The notes beneath the pieces are model-generated. The model was given only the letters and a program-made list of their open reading frames with translations. It searched no databases and was not told where the DNA came from. The translations under genes were made by a program, and so were the position numbers. Positions 38,343 to 48,567 of a DNA stretch of 64,000 nucleotides are shown piece by piece (the stretch's first letter is position 1; each line of letters starts with the position of its first letter). The stretch is taken from contig CAWCAG010000006.1 of the NCBI GenBank assembly GCA_963793425.1, forward strand, positions 1 through 64,000, written 5' to 3'. The stretch is from an uncultured cyanobacterium. GTDB lineage: Bacteria > Cyanobacteriota > Cyanobacteriia > Cyanobacteriales > CAWCAG01.

Positions 38343-40684
38343 ATTGAACGAGATTTTTGTAAATTAATAATTGGAAGCACTACAACAGCAGTGACAAATA
38401 AAGCTAAAACTGAAGGAATTAAAGGAACCCAAAAGCCCTGAGTTAATAAATAAAAACAAGCTCCGTATAAGGAAGCTAAAGATATAGTTACTGCTACTGA
38501 CAAATTAAACTGAGAACGTAAACACAAAGTTAAAATACCTCCTAAAGAAGACCAAATACTTATCCAGATAAAGTCTAGCCACGTAGGCCAGAAAGTAATT
38601 AAAGGTTGGTTATTGAGAACTCTACTGAGAAGCTGACTAACCATTTGTGCTTGAAGAATTACACCAGGCATTTTCTGGTTATAAGGGGTCTGGTACTTGT
38701 TATTAGGTAAGCTCCTATTTGAACCGATCAAAATTAGCTTGTTTCTTATCTTTGAAGGGATAACTTTGTCTCTTAAGATGTCTTCTAAGGTAACTGTTTC
38801 TGCTACTTCTAAAACAGAACGATAAGACCGATAATTAATAATTGACTTATATCCCCAATTATCATCATCGCTATTTCCATAAATCCCTGGATTGTAGCGT
38901 AAGTTAGGAATTAAAGTATTGCCTATATATAAACTATCATTAGAGTGTTCTGGAAGCTTAATTACTGGATGCGAAATACTTTCCTGTTCCAAATATGCTT
39001 CTACTAACTTAAGGGTAATAGAAAAAGATGCCGAACAAACTGACGTTGCAGGTGTATCCATAAACAAGATGGAACGGCGGATTACATTGTCGTCATCACT
39101 TATACCATTAGCAAACCCCAAACGCTTTTTTGGTAAAGTAGGAGGAGGTAAAAATCCCCTTTCTCCATCCCCTAATTCATCTACATTACAGATGCCATAA
39201 AGAACTTGGCTTTTTCTAAAACGTTCTTTAAGCTCCGGGGATTCTGGTTCATAGTCAGGAGGATCGAGGAAGATCATTAAACCGATTGCCCGTGGTTGAT
39301 AAGATTCTAACTTGGTTAAAAGTTCCTCTAATGCAGATTCAGAAATTGAGGAATCTGGCTTTTTACCTTGTTGTTCGGGGAGGTGTTGATCTGCGTCCGT
39401 TATTCCTACTACTAAAATACGAGGATCAGGCCCCTGGTCTTTCCTTTGCTGCATCAGGTGATCAAAAGCTTTTAACTCTAAAGGTTTAAAAACAGACTGC
39501 GATCGCAACCCAACAATACAGCTAGTAACAATCAAACTTGTCAACAAAACAGCTTGCAAACCCCGTCGCCAAGAAAAAACCTGCTTCGCTACTTTTGATT
39601 TGTTAACTCCTTTTAACTCTTCCCAAGTCAAAGGATTTTCACCAATGTTTTGAAAAATTACTGGCAACCAAGTAGCACAAGGGAAATCTTCCTCTAACCA
39701 ATGCAGTTGTTCCCTTGCTTCCCTTGCTGCTAAATAAAAGGGTTTGCCTCTAGAAAAAGCACTGAGAAAATATTTGAGAAACTGTTGTGCAACCTTATCT
39801 GGCACTAACTCCCGCATCACAATCATTTGGGGAATGTTGATGTCATCTAAACGTTTTGCTAAGCCTAAACCATCGCAGGAGTTGAATATAGCTAATTTTA
39901 GCCCGTTGTTAACTGCTTTTCTTAAAGCGTGCCACAACTCATCAATGGTCAAACTCTCCTCATCATTGAGATAAATTTTTCCCTCATCATTCTCGGTAAT
40001 ACTATGTCCGGCAAAAAAGATAATATCCCAAGGTTGTTCCCACAAACTATCATTAATATCTTTCCGTTTCGGTTGTACTAAAAATAGAGGCTCATCAGCC
40101 CCTGGTAAACTTTGCAACAACCGTTTATCTGCTTCGAGGTTAATACCTTCACTATGTCCTAAAATCGCTAGAATACGAACCTTAGATTGCTTTTTTCTGG
40201 CAGTAACTTGTTGCGGTTTACTAAACTTAGTTCCTCCGTAACCTACTTCTGCTTTGATATAATCAGCAAAGAATTGCCACTTTTCCCAAGGAAGTTTCAA
40301 AACGTTCGTATCATCAGTACGAATTAAAAAGCGGATTATTTCTTCGGGGCTTAATACTGTACGTAAATAGTTATTTATTTCACTAAATTCTGGTGCAGCC
40401 AGCCATTGATTAAAACTTTCTTTAAGCTCTTGGGCTGATTGTTTAACAGACTCGTTAACAGAACCACTATAAGTAACTTTTTTGATTTTAATACGTGCAG
40501 GAGAACCAATTTTACGATAATTTTCTAACCAATGTTCCTGCAACTTTCCTACTAGTTCTGGATTAGCAGGCAAATTTCCTTGTAAGTCCCCAAAACGATG
40601 ACCTTCTTGATCTATTTCTAAAGTTACACGAAAACCCTTCTCGTGCAAATCACCATCTAACTTTAATATTACAAATCTACTCAT
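38339..40684 (-). CDS. Cytoplasmic CHAT domain + CHASE2 sensor membrane protein
   Basis: FFAGHS / IFNSCDG dyad, TM segment, DPRILVVGIT...PGVILQAQMVSQ CHASE2, three C-terminal TM segments. Confidence 0.9.
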   Translation of the reverse strand: MSRFVILKLDGDLHEKGFRVTLEIDQEGHRFGDLQGNLPANPELVGKLQEHWLENYRKIGSPARIKIKKVTYSGSVNESVKQSAQELKESFNQWLAAPEFSEINNYLRTVLSPEEIIRFLIRTDDTNVLKLPWEKWQFFADYIKAEVGYGGTKFSKPQQVTARKKQSKVRILAILGHSEGINLEADKRLLQSLPGADEPLFLVQPKRKDINDSLWEQPWDIIFFAGHSITENDEGKIYLNDEESLTIDELWHALRKAVNNGLKLAIFNSCDGLGLAKRLDDINIPQMIVMRELVPDKVAQQFLKYFLSAFSRGKPFYLAAREAREQLHWLEEDFPCATWLPVIFQNIGENPLTWEELKGVNKSKVAKQVFSWRRGLQAVLLTSLIVTSCIVGLRSQSVFKPLELKAFDHLMQQRKDQGPDPRILVVGITDADQHLPEQQGKKPDSSISESALEELLTKLESYQPRAIGLMIFLDPPDYEPESPELKERFRKSQVLYGICNVDELGDGERGFLPPPTLPKKRLGFANGISDDDNVIRRSILFMDTPATSVCSASFSITLKLVEAYLEQESISHPVIKLPEHSNDSLYIGNTLIPNLRYNPGIYGNSDDDNWGYKSIINYRSYRSVLEVAETVTLEDILRDKVIPSKIRNKLILIGSNRSLPNNKYQTPYNQKMPGVILQAQMVSQLLSRVLNNQPLITFWPTWLDFIWISIWSSLGGILTLCLRSQFNLSVAVTISLASLYGACFYLLTQGFWVPLIPSVLALFVTAVVVLPIINLQKSRSI

Positions 40685-40717
40685 AACCTGGCTTACCCTG
40701 GTAGTTGCAAACTTTAA

Positions 40718-41674
40718 CTAAATCAAAAATGTTTCAGTGATACTAAAATTATCTAAGACAACTTTAACGCTAAACTTCTCTCCCTTTTCTCCACTAAATT
40801 CAACTTCAATTTGCTTAGTAGTTTTTGCTTTAGTTTGTACTACCGGATCTCCTGCCTCACTCAAAATGATCAACTGCAAGTCTTGAGGTAAATAAGTGCT
40901 GCCTTCTAAAGGAAAAATCTTAATTGAAATAGTAGATTCTAATGACTCTTTTAAATCTGTGCTAACGACCAGAGCCACTTTTTGGGATGCTTTTTCTAGT
41001 TTAATGAATTTAATTCCTGCTCCCAACGTTGTCTGTTCAGATTGAGGTTGAGGAGCTATTAAGGTAGGACTTCTGAAGCTGAAACCCGGTTCAAGATTCT
41101 GCTCCTGAAAGTATTCCTGTAGAGACTGCCAACCTGCTGCGAAAAGATTATCTGCCCATTCCCTGAGCTTAATGATAGAAGGTTGTAGTTTTCTTGTACT
41201 TGGGATAAGTGTTAGTTTTTCTAATAACTCTTCTAATGGTAGTAAATCAGTAAGTAGTAAATTTTCTTTCCTGACTTTAACAGCGAAACCTTGCAAAATT
41301 GCTTGAGTTAAATCCTCATTTAATTTAACAACAACATAACCAATTCTCCCCGAATAAACCTCCGGAGAGACATGACAAACTTTTTGATTAGGTAATAGAT
41401 AACAACATTCCAATCTACCCCGATCTTGTATTACCAAATCTGTTGCATTAGCCATAGTCTGCCTAACTGAATTCCAACTATAACTAGCCTCTAAGTTAGT
41501 AGTAATTCCCATTCCTTCTAGATAAACATTAACAGCATAGACCGCCAACGTATTAAGATAAACTTCCTTAACTTTGTGTTTCTTAGCTTGCTGTTGAGAA
41601 AATGTTTCAGCTAGCTGGTGTCCTTTAGCACCTAAAGAAATAACTACACCGGACTTATCTAATTCTTCTAACAT
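40718..41674 (-). CDS. DUF1822 family protein (candidate anti-sigma)
   Basis: VYLNTLAVYAV, RIGYVVV, AGWQSL, GEKFSVKV. Confidence 0.85.
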   Translation of the reverse strand: MLEELDKSGVVISLGAKGHQLAETFSQQQAKKHKVKEVYLNTLAVYAVNVYLEGMGITTNLEASYSWNSVRQTMANATDLVIQDRGRLECCYLLPNQKVCHVSPEVYSGRIGYVVVKLNEDLTQAILQGFAVKVRKENLLLTDLLPLEELLEKLTLIPSTRKLQPSIIKLREWADNLFAAGWQSLQEYFQEQNLEPGFSFRSPTLIAPQPQSEQTTLGAGIKFIKLEKASQKVALVVSTDLKESLESTISIKIFPLEGSTYLPQDLQLIILSEAGDPVVQTKAKTTKQIEVEFSGEKGEKFSVKVVLDNFSITETFLI

Positions 41675-41689
41675 TGTTTAATCTCCTGA

Positions 41690-42328
41690 TTAATCTCTTA
41701 AATATGCTTTGATTTTTTCCGCAAAATGGCTTAAGTTGCGGTGATAAAAACTGTGTACAGTAGAATATTTTTCCTCTACTTGTTGAGCAATTTCTCGAAA
41801 TGAGTAACCTTGATGATACTTAATAAAAAGTATTTGAAAATTGACATCATTATTGCCATTTAAGCATTTGCTTCTAAATATACCTTCTGGATCTTCAGCT
41901 ACATAAGCAATAATTTGCTCAGATGTGAATTTTCCCCGATTCTGACTAGATTCTTTTAATTCCTCTAAATCCTGTAGAGTCTTTCTCTGCAAGTTTGTCT
42001 TGCCAATTGGCTTTACCTCCCGATAAGCTTTTTCAAAAAAACCTTTCATCCGTTTATGATTAGCTGCCCATTGTAAAAACTCTCCTTGATTAGGATCATA
42101 CTGGTCGATATTTTGGCAAGCATAGGCTAACAATTTATGCACTGCTTCCGCATGAATTTGTTGATAGTTGGTAAACTGTCCTCGGAAGGGACGGCAAAGT
42201 CTATGGGAGTTTTGCTGTATTTTGTTCCATATTTGATGCAAAACTCGGTTACGATCTTTGCTACCGAAAGGATAGCCTTGTGCTTTTATCGCCAACTCTT
42301 TTAAGGACTCGTCTAGTTCATTCATCAC
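41690..42328 (-). CDS. Cyanobacterial sigma-70-like (ECF-type) factor
   Basis: Region-2-like NIDQYDPNQGEFLQWA and region-4 HTH GYSFREIAQQVEEKYSTVHSFYHR; first gene of the DUF1822-CHASE2 operon. Confidence 0.75.
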   Translation of the reverse strand: MMNELDESLKELAIKAQGYPFGSKDRNRVLHQIWNKIQQNSHRLCRPFRGQFTNYQQIHAEAVHKLLAYACQNIDQYDPNQGEFLQWAANHKRMKGFFEKAYREVKPIGKTNLQRKTLQDLEELKESSQNRGKFTSEQIIAYVAEDPEGIFRSKCLNGNNDVNFQILFIKYHQGYSFREIAQQVEEKYSTVHSFYHRNLSHFAEKIKAYLRD

Positions 42329-42388
42329 CCTGGCCAGAATATGTAAGAACTTCTTGGTTGTTCAGGTGAATTACTCACCTTCATCTAG

Positions 42389-42417
42389 TTCTCTGGTGAA
42401 ACAGCGGGATTTTATGC
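42389..42417 (-). promoter_or_regulatory. Putative autoregulatory promoter GCATAAAA-N16-GAGAA (sigma operon)
   Basis: Exact motif, 60 nt before the sigma ORF. Confidence 0.7.
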
Positions 42418-43135
42418 AACTTTCATTAAACGTTCACAAAAATTAACAAATTTTTTTTAAGGAAGCATTAGATTGACCTATGCCTTAGTTGAACAAGTGA
42501 AAACAGAAATGTATCAGAAAAAGGGATTATTTGAGAGTATTTGAGAGGTAATTTTTAGCTAGCAAAGTAAGTCAATATAAGTAAAAATAAAGCAACAATA
42601 AAATTAAGAATAATCAAAAAAGAGTTAGAGTAATAAAGATAGATGAAGAAGGGCTTAAAAGAAGTAAAAGGAAGTTCAAAAAAGCTAGAAACCAGACAGA
42701 GAAAGAGAAGTAGATCAATAATTTACAGAAAGTAAAATAAAGCAACAGAAAGTCGTAAAAGTGTGAGTAAATAATCTTGTAAAAGTGAAGATAAAAAAGA
42801 GAAAATAGAAAAAACTAACGACCAGAAGAAAAAGAATCAATAAATACAAAGAAACCCTAAAACTCTTGTCTGACGAGGCATAGAAGGATTTAGAAAAAGA
42901 AATGCAAAGAGAGAAATAACAACAAAGACACATAATAAAGTAAAAAGGATAAATTGTCAAATTATCAAGTAAAGTAAAATGTGAGCAAAGCACAAAGGCA
43001 GCTAGTAAAATAGAAAAATAAATTCATAAATCGAGAACAAAATAACCTTTATTTTGTAACTAGTTCAGAGATAAAATAACTAGTAACGATGTAGAAATAA
43101 GATACATTAGTAATAACTAAAAAGAAAATGTGAGG

Positions 43136-44504
43136 CGGGACTTAAACAGAAAAAGAGAATAAAGAAGATATAATAGTTATATGGCATAACTTCAACGTTA
43201 GAGTTATCGGTGGTGAATCTTATGAAAGAAACAACCCCAGCAGCAATGCCTCCATGCTTCAATAGATGGTGCGCTAAGTTTGATAATATATTCAGAACAA
43301 AAGCTCAAAAGAGAGAATTTAGAAACTATATAGGAGGATTATTAGGCGAAAGTAAGCGTAAAAACCTTACACAGATAGCTAGAGACAGTGTAGGAGTAAC
43401 ATACCACAGATTACACCATTTCTTAACCGAAGCCCCCTGGTCAGCAGAGCAAATAAATGAGCGTCGTTTGCAAATAATGAACAAATGCAATCAGACGAGT
43501 ATAAACAGTGGATTCAGTCTGATTGTTGACGATAGTGGACACCCGAAGAGCGGCAATTTTACAGCAGGAGTAGGAAGACAGTATATCGGAGAAGAAGGAA
43601 AAGTAGATAATGGTAATGTCGTAGTAACAACTCACCTTTATGACGGCAAGAAAAGCTGACCTTTAGACATTGAATTATATCAACATGCCAAATCATTACC
43701 CCAAGGAAAAAAAGACCCAGAATTCAAAAAGAAACCTCAGTTAGCTATAGAGCTAATAGATAGAAGTATTGAGAGAGGGTATCGACCCAAAATAGTTCTC
43801 ATAGATGGAGGATATGGCAACAATACATCATTTTTAGGAGCATTAGAACAAAGGAAATTAAACTACTTAGGAGGAGTAGCCAAAAACCGTAAAGTTAGAG
43901 TGCTAAAAAGCGATAAAACCACAGAAGAGGTCAGATTAGATAATCTAGCGCAATCACTACCAGCAGAGGCTTTTAGGGAAATAACCATCAACACAATTAA
44001 GCCAAGAAAAGTGTGGGTAGCAACACAAGTAGTAGAAATATCTAGTCTCGAAGGTAGAAAAACAATAGCTATCGTTATGAATGCTTCTACCTTTGAAGAT
44101 GCCGATGATATTGATTATTTAATCACTAATGTTTCCCCAGATTTAGCAACACCACAATGGTTTGTAGATACATACTCAAAAAGAAATTGGGTAGAAGTAT
44201 TTTATAGAGAAGCTAAGGGATGGCTAGGTTTGAAAGAATATCAAGTCAGGGATAAAAGAAGCCTGATGAGACATTTTGTCCTAGTTTTTTGTGCCTATAC
44301 TTTTATTATTTATCATAAGCTAACCGGAGGTTTGAGAAGACGTTGGGCAAACAAACCTTTGAATACATTTACTGAAGCTTTAGAAGCCTTTCGTACAGGT
44401 GTATCTTATCGTTTTATAGCTTGGCTCAATAATAACCATGACGTATTTACTCGCCACAAAGAGAGTTTAGGCTTTATTTGGGCTTGATTTCTGTTTAAGT
44501 CCCG
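43136..44504 (+). mobile_element. IS701-family element; transposase broken by an in-frame TGA at 43657
   Basis: TIRs CGGGACTTAAACAGAAA / TTTCTGTTTAAGTCCCG; IVDDSGHPKSG, GRQYIG; reading frame continues PLDIELYQH after the stop. Confidence 0.9.
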
Positions 44505-44511
44505 ATAAGTC

Positions 44512-44802
44512 TCACGGGGTGACAAGTATCTTAAAGCCAAGTCAGTTAAGGTTTCTAGCTCACCGACTTTCAAAAAGATTAGAGTTTATTGATAGGTCTG
44601 TTGACACCTAGATAGCACTCAAGATGGTAACAGTTGAGTAGCTTACGATTTGTACTATTCAGGTAATTTTATCCGTAGTGATCGCATATCAGATTCCCTA
44701 ATTTTATAGTCAATAAGCGTGTCAATGAGCATCAATTTTTCGGAGGGTCAAATAGCTGGAAGATTTGTGTGAATAGCTTTCTAATCCCCTGTCACCCCGT
44801 GA
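44512..44802. mobile_element. MITE-like or deleted IS remnant
   Basis: Inverted ends TCACGGGGTGACA / TGTCACCCCGTGA; the same end occurs at 12441. Confidence 0.6.
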
Positions 44803-45303
44803 ACTGATAAGTTAAAACGTATTTATATTGGATTGAGAGAGTTACCCTGAAAGTAGCTCAAAACTTGTTAAAGCAAGCGGGTAACTTACCTGCGCTGACG
44901 CTATGGGTACAGACGTAGGCTTCCGAGTTGCCCATAATTGATAACAAACTTTTCAAAGTTCTAATGCGATCGCCATAAAGGAGCAATAGAGAGGCTGATC
45001 ATTGAACAGCTTAACGAAGTAGAACATTTTTCTCTTCGTTATGACGACTCTGCTGGAGTTTTACTAAAAAAAGTTTTAAAAAGGAAGTATTGGTTTAGTA
45101 ATAAGCCTTGTTGGGCTGAGGATCAATTCGCCTTCTTAACCCATATGGATATTTCTGCTATATCTGTAACTGTAAGCGTTAATACGAAAAATCCTGATGA
45201 ATTATTTAGAGCAGATTTTCATGTAAGCTAAAAAAAAGAATAGCGAAATCGTTACTTCGCTATTATGTAAAGCAAAACAGAGATGACCCTCTCAAGCAGG
45301 CGT

Positions 45304-45630
45304 TTACTCTTCCTCTTTGCAATATTCTTTCATCTGATGAGTCAATTCTACTTCCGTTGGATCTATTTTTACCTGCTTCAGAGCATTCCAGCTAAACTTA
45401 GCTAATTCCTCGATTGAATCAGCAAAATACGTTGTTCCCCCTTCTGAAGTTGTCGTTGGGAATGTATAAGGAGGTTCTAGATCCTTTAGATGTTCCCGTA
45501 CTCTTTTTTCATATGCTTTGTAGTTTGCATAGCTGTATATCTGTGTTTCTTGGGTTGGTAGAGGTTCTTCTAAAGTAGCCTTCTTCCAGTGTTTGAGTCG
45601 CTTCAATCTTTTGGCTTCTTGCTTATTCAC
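45304..45630 (-). CDS. Hypothetical protein
   Basis: ORF with GAGGAGG RBS upstream. Confidence 0.55.
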   Translation of the reverse strand: MNKQEAKRLKRLKHWKKATLEEPLPTQETQIYSYANYKAYEKRVREHLKDLEPPYTFPTTTSEGGTTYFADSIEELAKFSWNALKQVKIDPTEVELTHQMKEYCKEEE

Positions 45631-46404
45631 TTGTAAAACCTCCTCAAATTATTATGGTTTCAGACCAGAATCTCTATCTCTCGAATTATTTTCCTGTTCC
45701 TGTATGTAGGCAGAGAGTTTAAAGGAAAACCCAGAAGCTGGCAACAACTTCCAGGCTTCATTACAGTTCAAATCCAAGCTTTTCTGTACTTGGTCTGTTA
45801 TTGCTTGGGTTTCTTTTTCTCTAGCTTATACGACTCTAAACAGTCAGGGAAAAAATCATTCATATCATAGAGTTTGAAAGCATCCGCTAGTTGCTTAAAG
45901 GTACTGTATTTCGTCCATAGGGCTTCGTAGGAAACTATTTCTTGGACTGGACTTATGGCGTTGGCGAAGCTGATTCCTCCACTATTCATAGCTTTTTTCA
46001 CCTCTTCATCAATAGCTTCTGTGTTTGAGTCTAGCAGGAGTACTGAAAATTAACCGATACGTTCATAAATTTTGGCATCCGTTGCGATCGCTAAACTCCC
46101 AAACAGAACCATCTTTGCCAGTTACCTTAGCACCAACTTTTTTCACCCGATCAGTTTGACTTATTCTCTTTCGTCTATTAGTCGCGAGAATCATTCTTCT
46201 TTAGACTAATTTTTCCACTTACTCCTGAGAAATAACACTTGTCTTCCTTTATTTGCTCACTTTCAGGCCTGCTAAGCCAGAGTTCCTTTTTTTGTAAAGG
46301 AATGTTGCAACAAGAGGGCATACTAGAACAAAACCTGTTTTCATTACTACCGATAGGTTTATGATGTACTGGCGAACCCTTCGCTACTAGCAGCTTCCTT
46401 TGTT

Positions 46405-46981
46405 ATGTCTGAAAAGCCAAAAAAGTCGGAACTTTCTGAATTTCGGGATTTTACGATTCCTAACTTGTGTAATACCCTACAGGGGGCTAGCTATCAACAT
46501 GAAATTGGCAACCATGATTTAGCTGAGTTTTTTCTCAGGCAAGCTCAAGATAAACTGAACATATGTATTGAGCAGAACCAAAAAGATAAGCAAGCAAAGG
46601 AGGGAATTAAAGATGACACTCCAAACCAATAGCTTCACTATTTGCGCCCATGATGGTCTGTGTAATGTGATGAGTGACTCTCGTTTAACTCAAGAGAAAC
46701 TCATGAAGTTTTTGGAGTTTGTCTTTGAGGTTTACGCTCCTGTGGTGATTATTTCCCAGCCCTGGGAATCTAGTCAATATTCTTATATTTTGGCTCAGCG
46801 TACTCAGATTGTATCGACAGAAAGTTTACTGAATATTCTCAGCAGAGAGGAGATGGGCTGGCATTTGAGTGAAAATATCCTTTACTCTCCACGTCCAAGT
46901 AAGCTCAGACCTCCTCGCTTAGAACAAGCCATAGCAGCAGCACGCCGTAAGGCTTTGGTAAGTACTAAGGTTAAGGTGTAG
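46405..46981 (+). CDS. Two small overlapping hypothetical proteins (46405-46632 and ~46613-46981)
   Basis: Coupled ORFs; GGAGGG RBS before the second ATG. Confidence 0.45.
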
Positions 46982-47059
46982 GGACTTCAACCCACAGCCT
47001 AATCAATGGGTAAGTGAAGCTAGCCGTAGGCATGGCACATCCAAAACAGAGTAAAAAAG

Positions 47060-47187
47060 GGCGTTGGTAATTGAACGTATGATTTACAAAGTTTTTTTGT
47101 TCGCAGCTATTAGCTATTAGCTTTTTGGGAGCTAATAGCTAGTTAAACATCATGTGGGAGCGAACCATACCTGTATCTACCAACGCC
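47060..47187 (+). mobile_element. ISL3-like MITE with internal heptamer repeats
   Basis: TIRs GGCGTTGGTA / TACCAACGCC, 8-bp TSD TAAAAAAG; related copies at 61285-61413 and ~770-846. Confidence 0.8.
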
Positions 47188-47439
47188 TAAAAAAGAAGTA
47201 GTCCCTAGCTGAGGCGATCGCGCAACTTGTAACAGGACATGATTACTCTACTCCCTATTTGTGAAAATTCTCACGAAGTTAGACAATAAAGCCAGCATGA
47301 ATTCCTGAAGTAACTTTCATGGTAGAGAATTTGTTGGGGGAACAAGAACAGGGGAGTCTAAGGTTAAGGACACCTCTTCCTTTAGCTTGTCACCCAGCAG
47401 AAGTTTATTTAGATAGTTTGGCTCCTGGGTCTGTGTCCA

Positions 47440-47706
47440 GTGGTCAAGGGAGGAAAAATTGTCATTCGCCACATGAGTGCTGATGCGGTGGGTAAGACTT
47501 TAAAAAGGTTGGGCAAGAAAGCTGGGTTAGCTTCTTTTTCTGCCCATGATTTTCGGAGGACATTTTGTTCTGAGTTGTTAGATTTGGGCGCAGATATAGT
47601 AACGGTGCAGAAGCTAGCAGATCATGCTTCTCCTGCTACTACAGCGATTTACGACCGTCGGGGGGAAGAAGTGAAACGTTCTGCAATTCGGAAAATGAAG
47701 TTTTAG
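47440..47706 (+). pseudogene. Tyrosine recombinase C-terminal fragment
   Basis: AHDFRRTF...LADHASPATTAIYD. Confidence 0.8.
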
Positions 47707-47870
47707 AGGGTATCTAGTAGTTTGTCAATTTTCAATTGACGGGTAAGGGGAAAAAATTATTGGATTTTCTGTTATTCAGCTTGGCAAAAAAGTCAAGTTC
47801 GTTTTGACCTAACTTTTTTTCTGAATAGCTCCTAAGCTAGGGATAAGGCAAAATCTACAGTTTTGAAATC

Positions 47871-47965
47871 CCTAAATTGGTCTTGTTGGAAACCAGATGC
47901 CGACAATTGCAATTCCGCCGAGGATAGCAGGTTCACCAATTACCTAAATTGGTCTTGTTGGAAAC
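47871..47965 (+). CRISPR. Mini-array: truncated repeat, one spacer, one full repeat
   Basis: 3' 23 nt of the repeat at 47871-47893, 36-nt spacer, full repeat at 47930-47965. Confidence 0.9.
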
Positions 47966-47985
47966 CCTTAACAGTTTACAGACAT

Positions 47986-48016
47986 AAAAAAGGTTAGAGC
48001 CTTAAGCCCTAACCTT
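47986..48016 (-). terminator. Intrinsic terminator (possibly bidirectional)
   Basis: Minus strand AAGGTTAGGGC-TTAAG-GCTCTAACCTT followed by a T-run. Confidence 0.7.
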
Positions 48017-48071
48017 CAAGTTTTGCTAACACAAGGGCAAAACAAAAAGCTACTAAAATCAGTAAACTCTA

Positions 48072-48108
48072 GTTTCCAACAAGACCGATTAAAGCTAATC
48101 GGTGAAGC
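48072..48108 (-). CRISPR. Solitary divergent repeat, opposite orientation to the arrays
   Basis: GCTTCACCGATTAGCTTTAATCGGTCTTGTTGGAAAC: 3' end identical to the array repeat, stem changes compensatory. Confidence 0.85.
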
Positions 48109-48246
48109 AAGTACTACACCAGACTTGAATTAATCAAAAAAAAGCTTTTTCAGTAATTCCTTAATCTAGTGCAGAACTTATGTATAACTGTAAAAGAAAC
48201 AAACTGAGCAAAACAGGTCAAAATGACCTTGATTTTTTCTCTCTAG

Positions 48247-48567
48247 TTATTTACCTGCTCTTTGCTTTTCTTGACAAAGAATCTCTAAAAGCTCATCAGG
48301 AATCTCTTCAAAATGCTCAAGCAGAAAATCCATGAACGCTAAATTCTTTAAATCATGGGGTTGGGGACGACGATAATGATGATTCCTTTTAAACCATCTT
48401 TGTACAGTAGAGTAGGAACGAGAACAAATTTGAGCTATCTGTTCATAACTAACTGACCACTTCAAATAAAACTTTTGGGGAGATAAACCCAACTCACAAT
48501 TAGCATAAAGCCTGATTAAATCTAACTCCCGTTTACCTAAAGAATCTGACATAACATTACTCCACAA
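48247..48567 (-). CDS. HTH domain protein
   Basis: WSVSYEQIAQICSRSYSTVQRWF. Confidence 0.75.
   Translation of the reverse strand: MWSNVMSDSLGKRELDLIRLYANCELGLSPQKFYLKWSVSYEQIAQICSRSYSTVQRWFKRNHHYRRPQPHDLKNLAFMDFLLEHFEEIPDELLEILCQEKQRAGK

Noticed and set aside
42715..42993. Phe/Leu-rich membrane-like ORF
   Set aside because: Artefact of the A-rich opposite strand
44580..44593. 13/14 match (TAGAGTTTATTGAT) to the sequence after the solitary repeat
   Set aside because: AT-rich, short and does not extend; cannot be told from chance without a search
45798..46001. Possible DprA-like N-terminal fragment
   Set aside because: Too short and degraded to support a call
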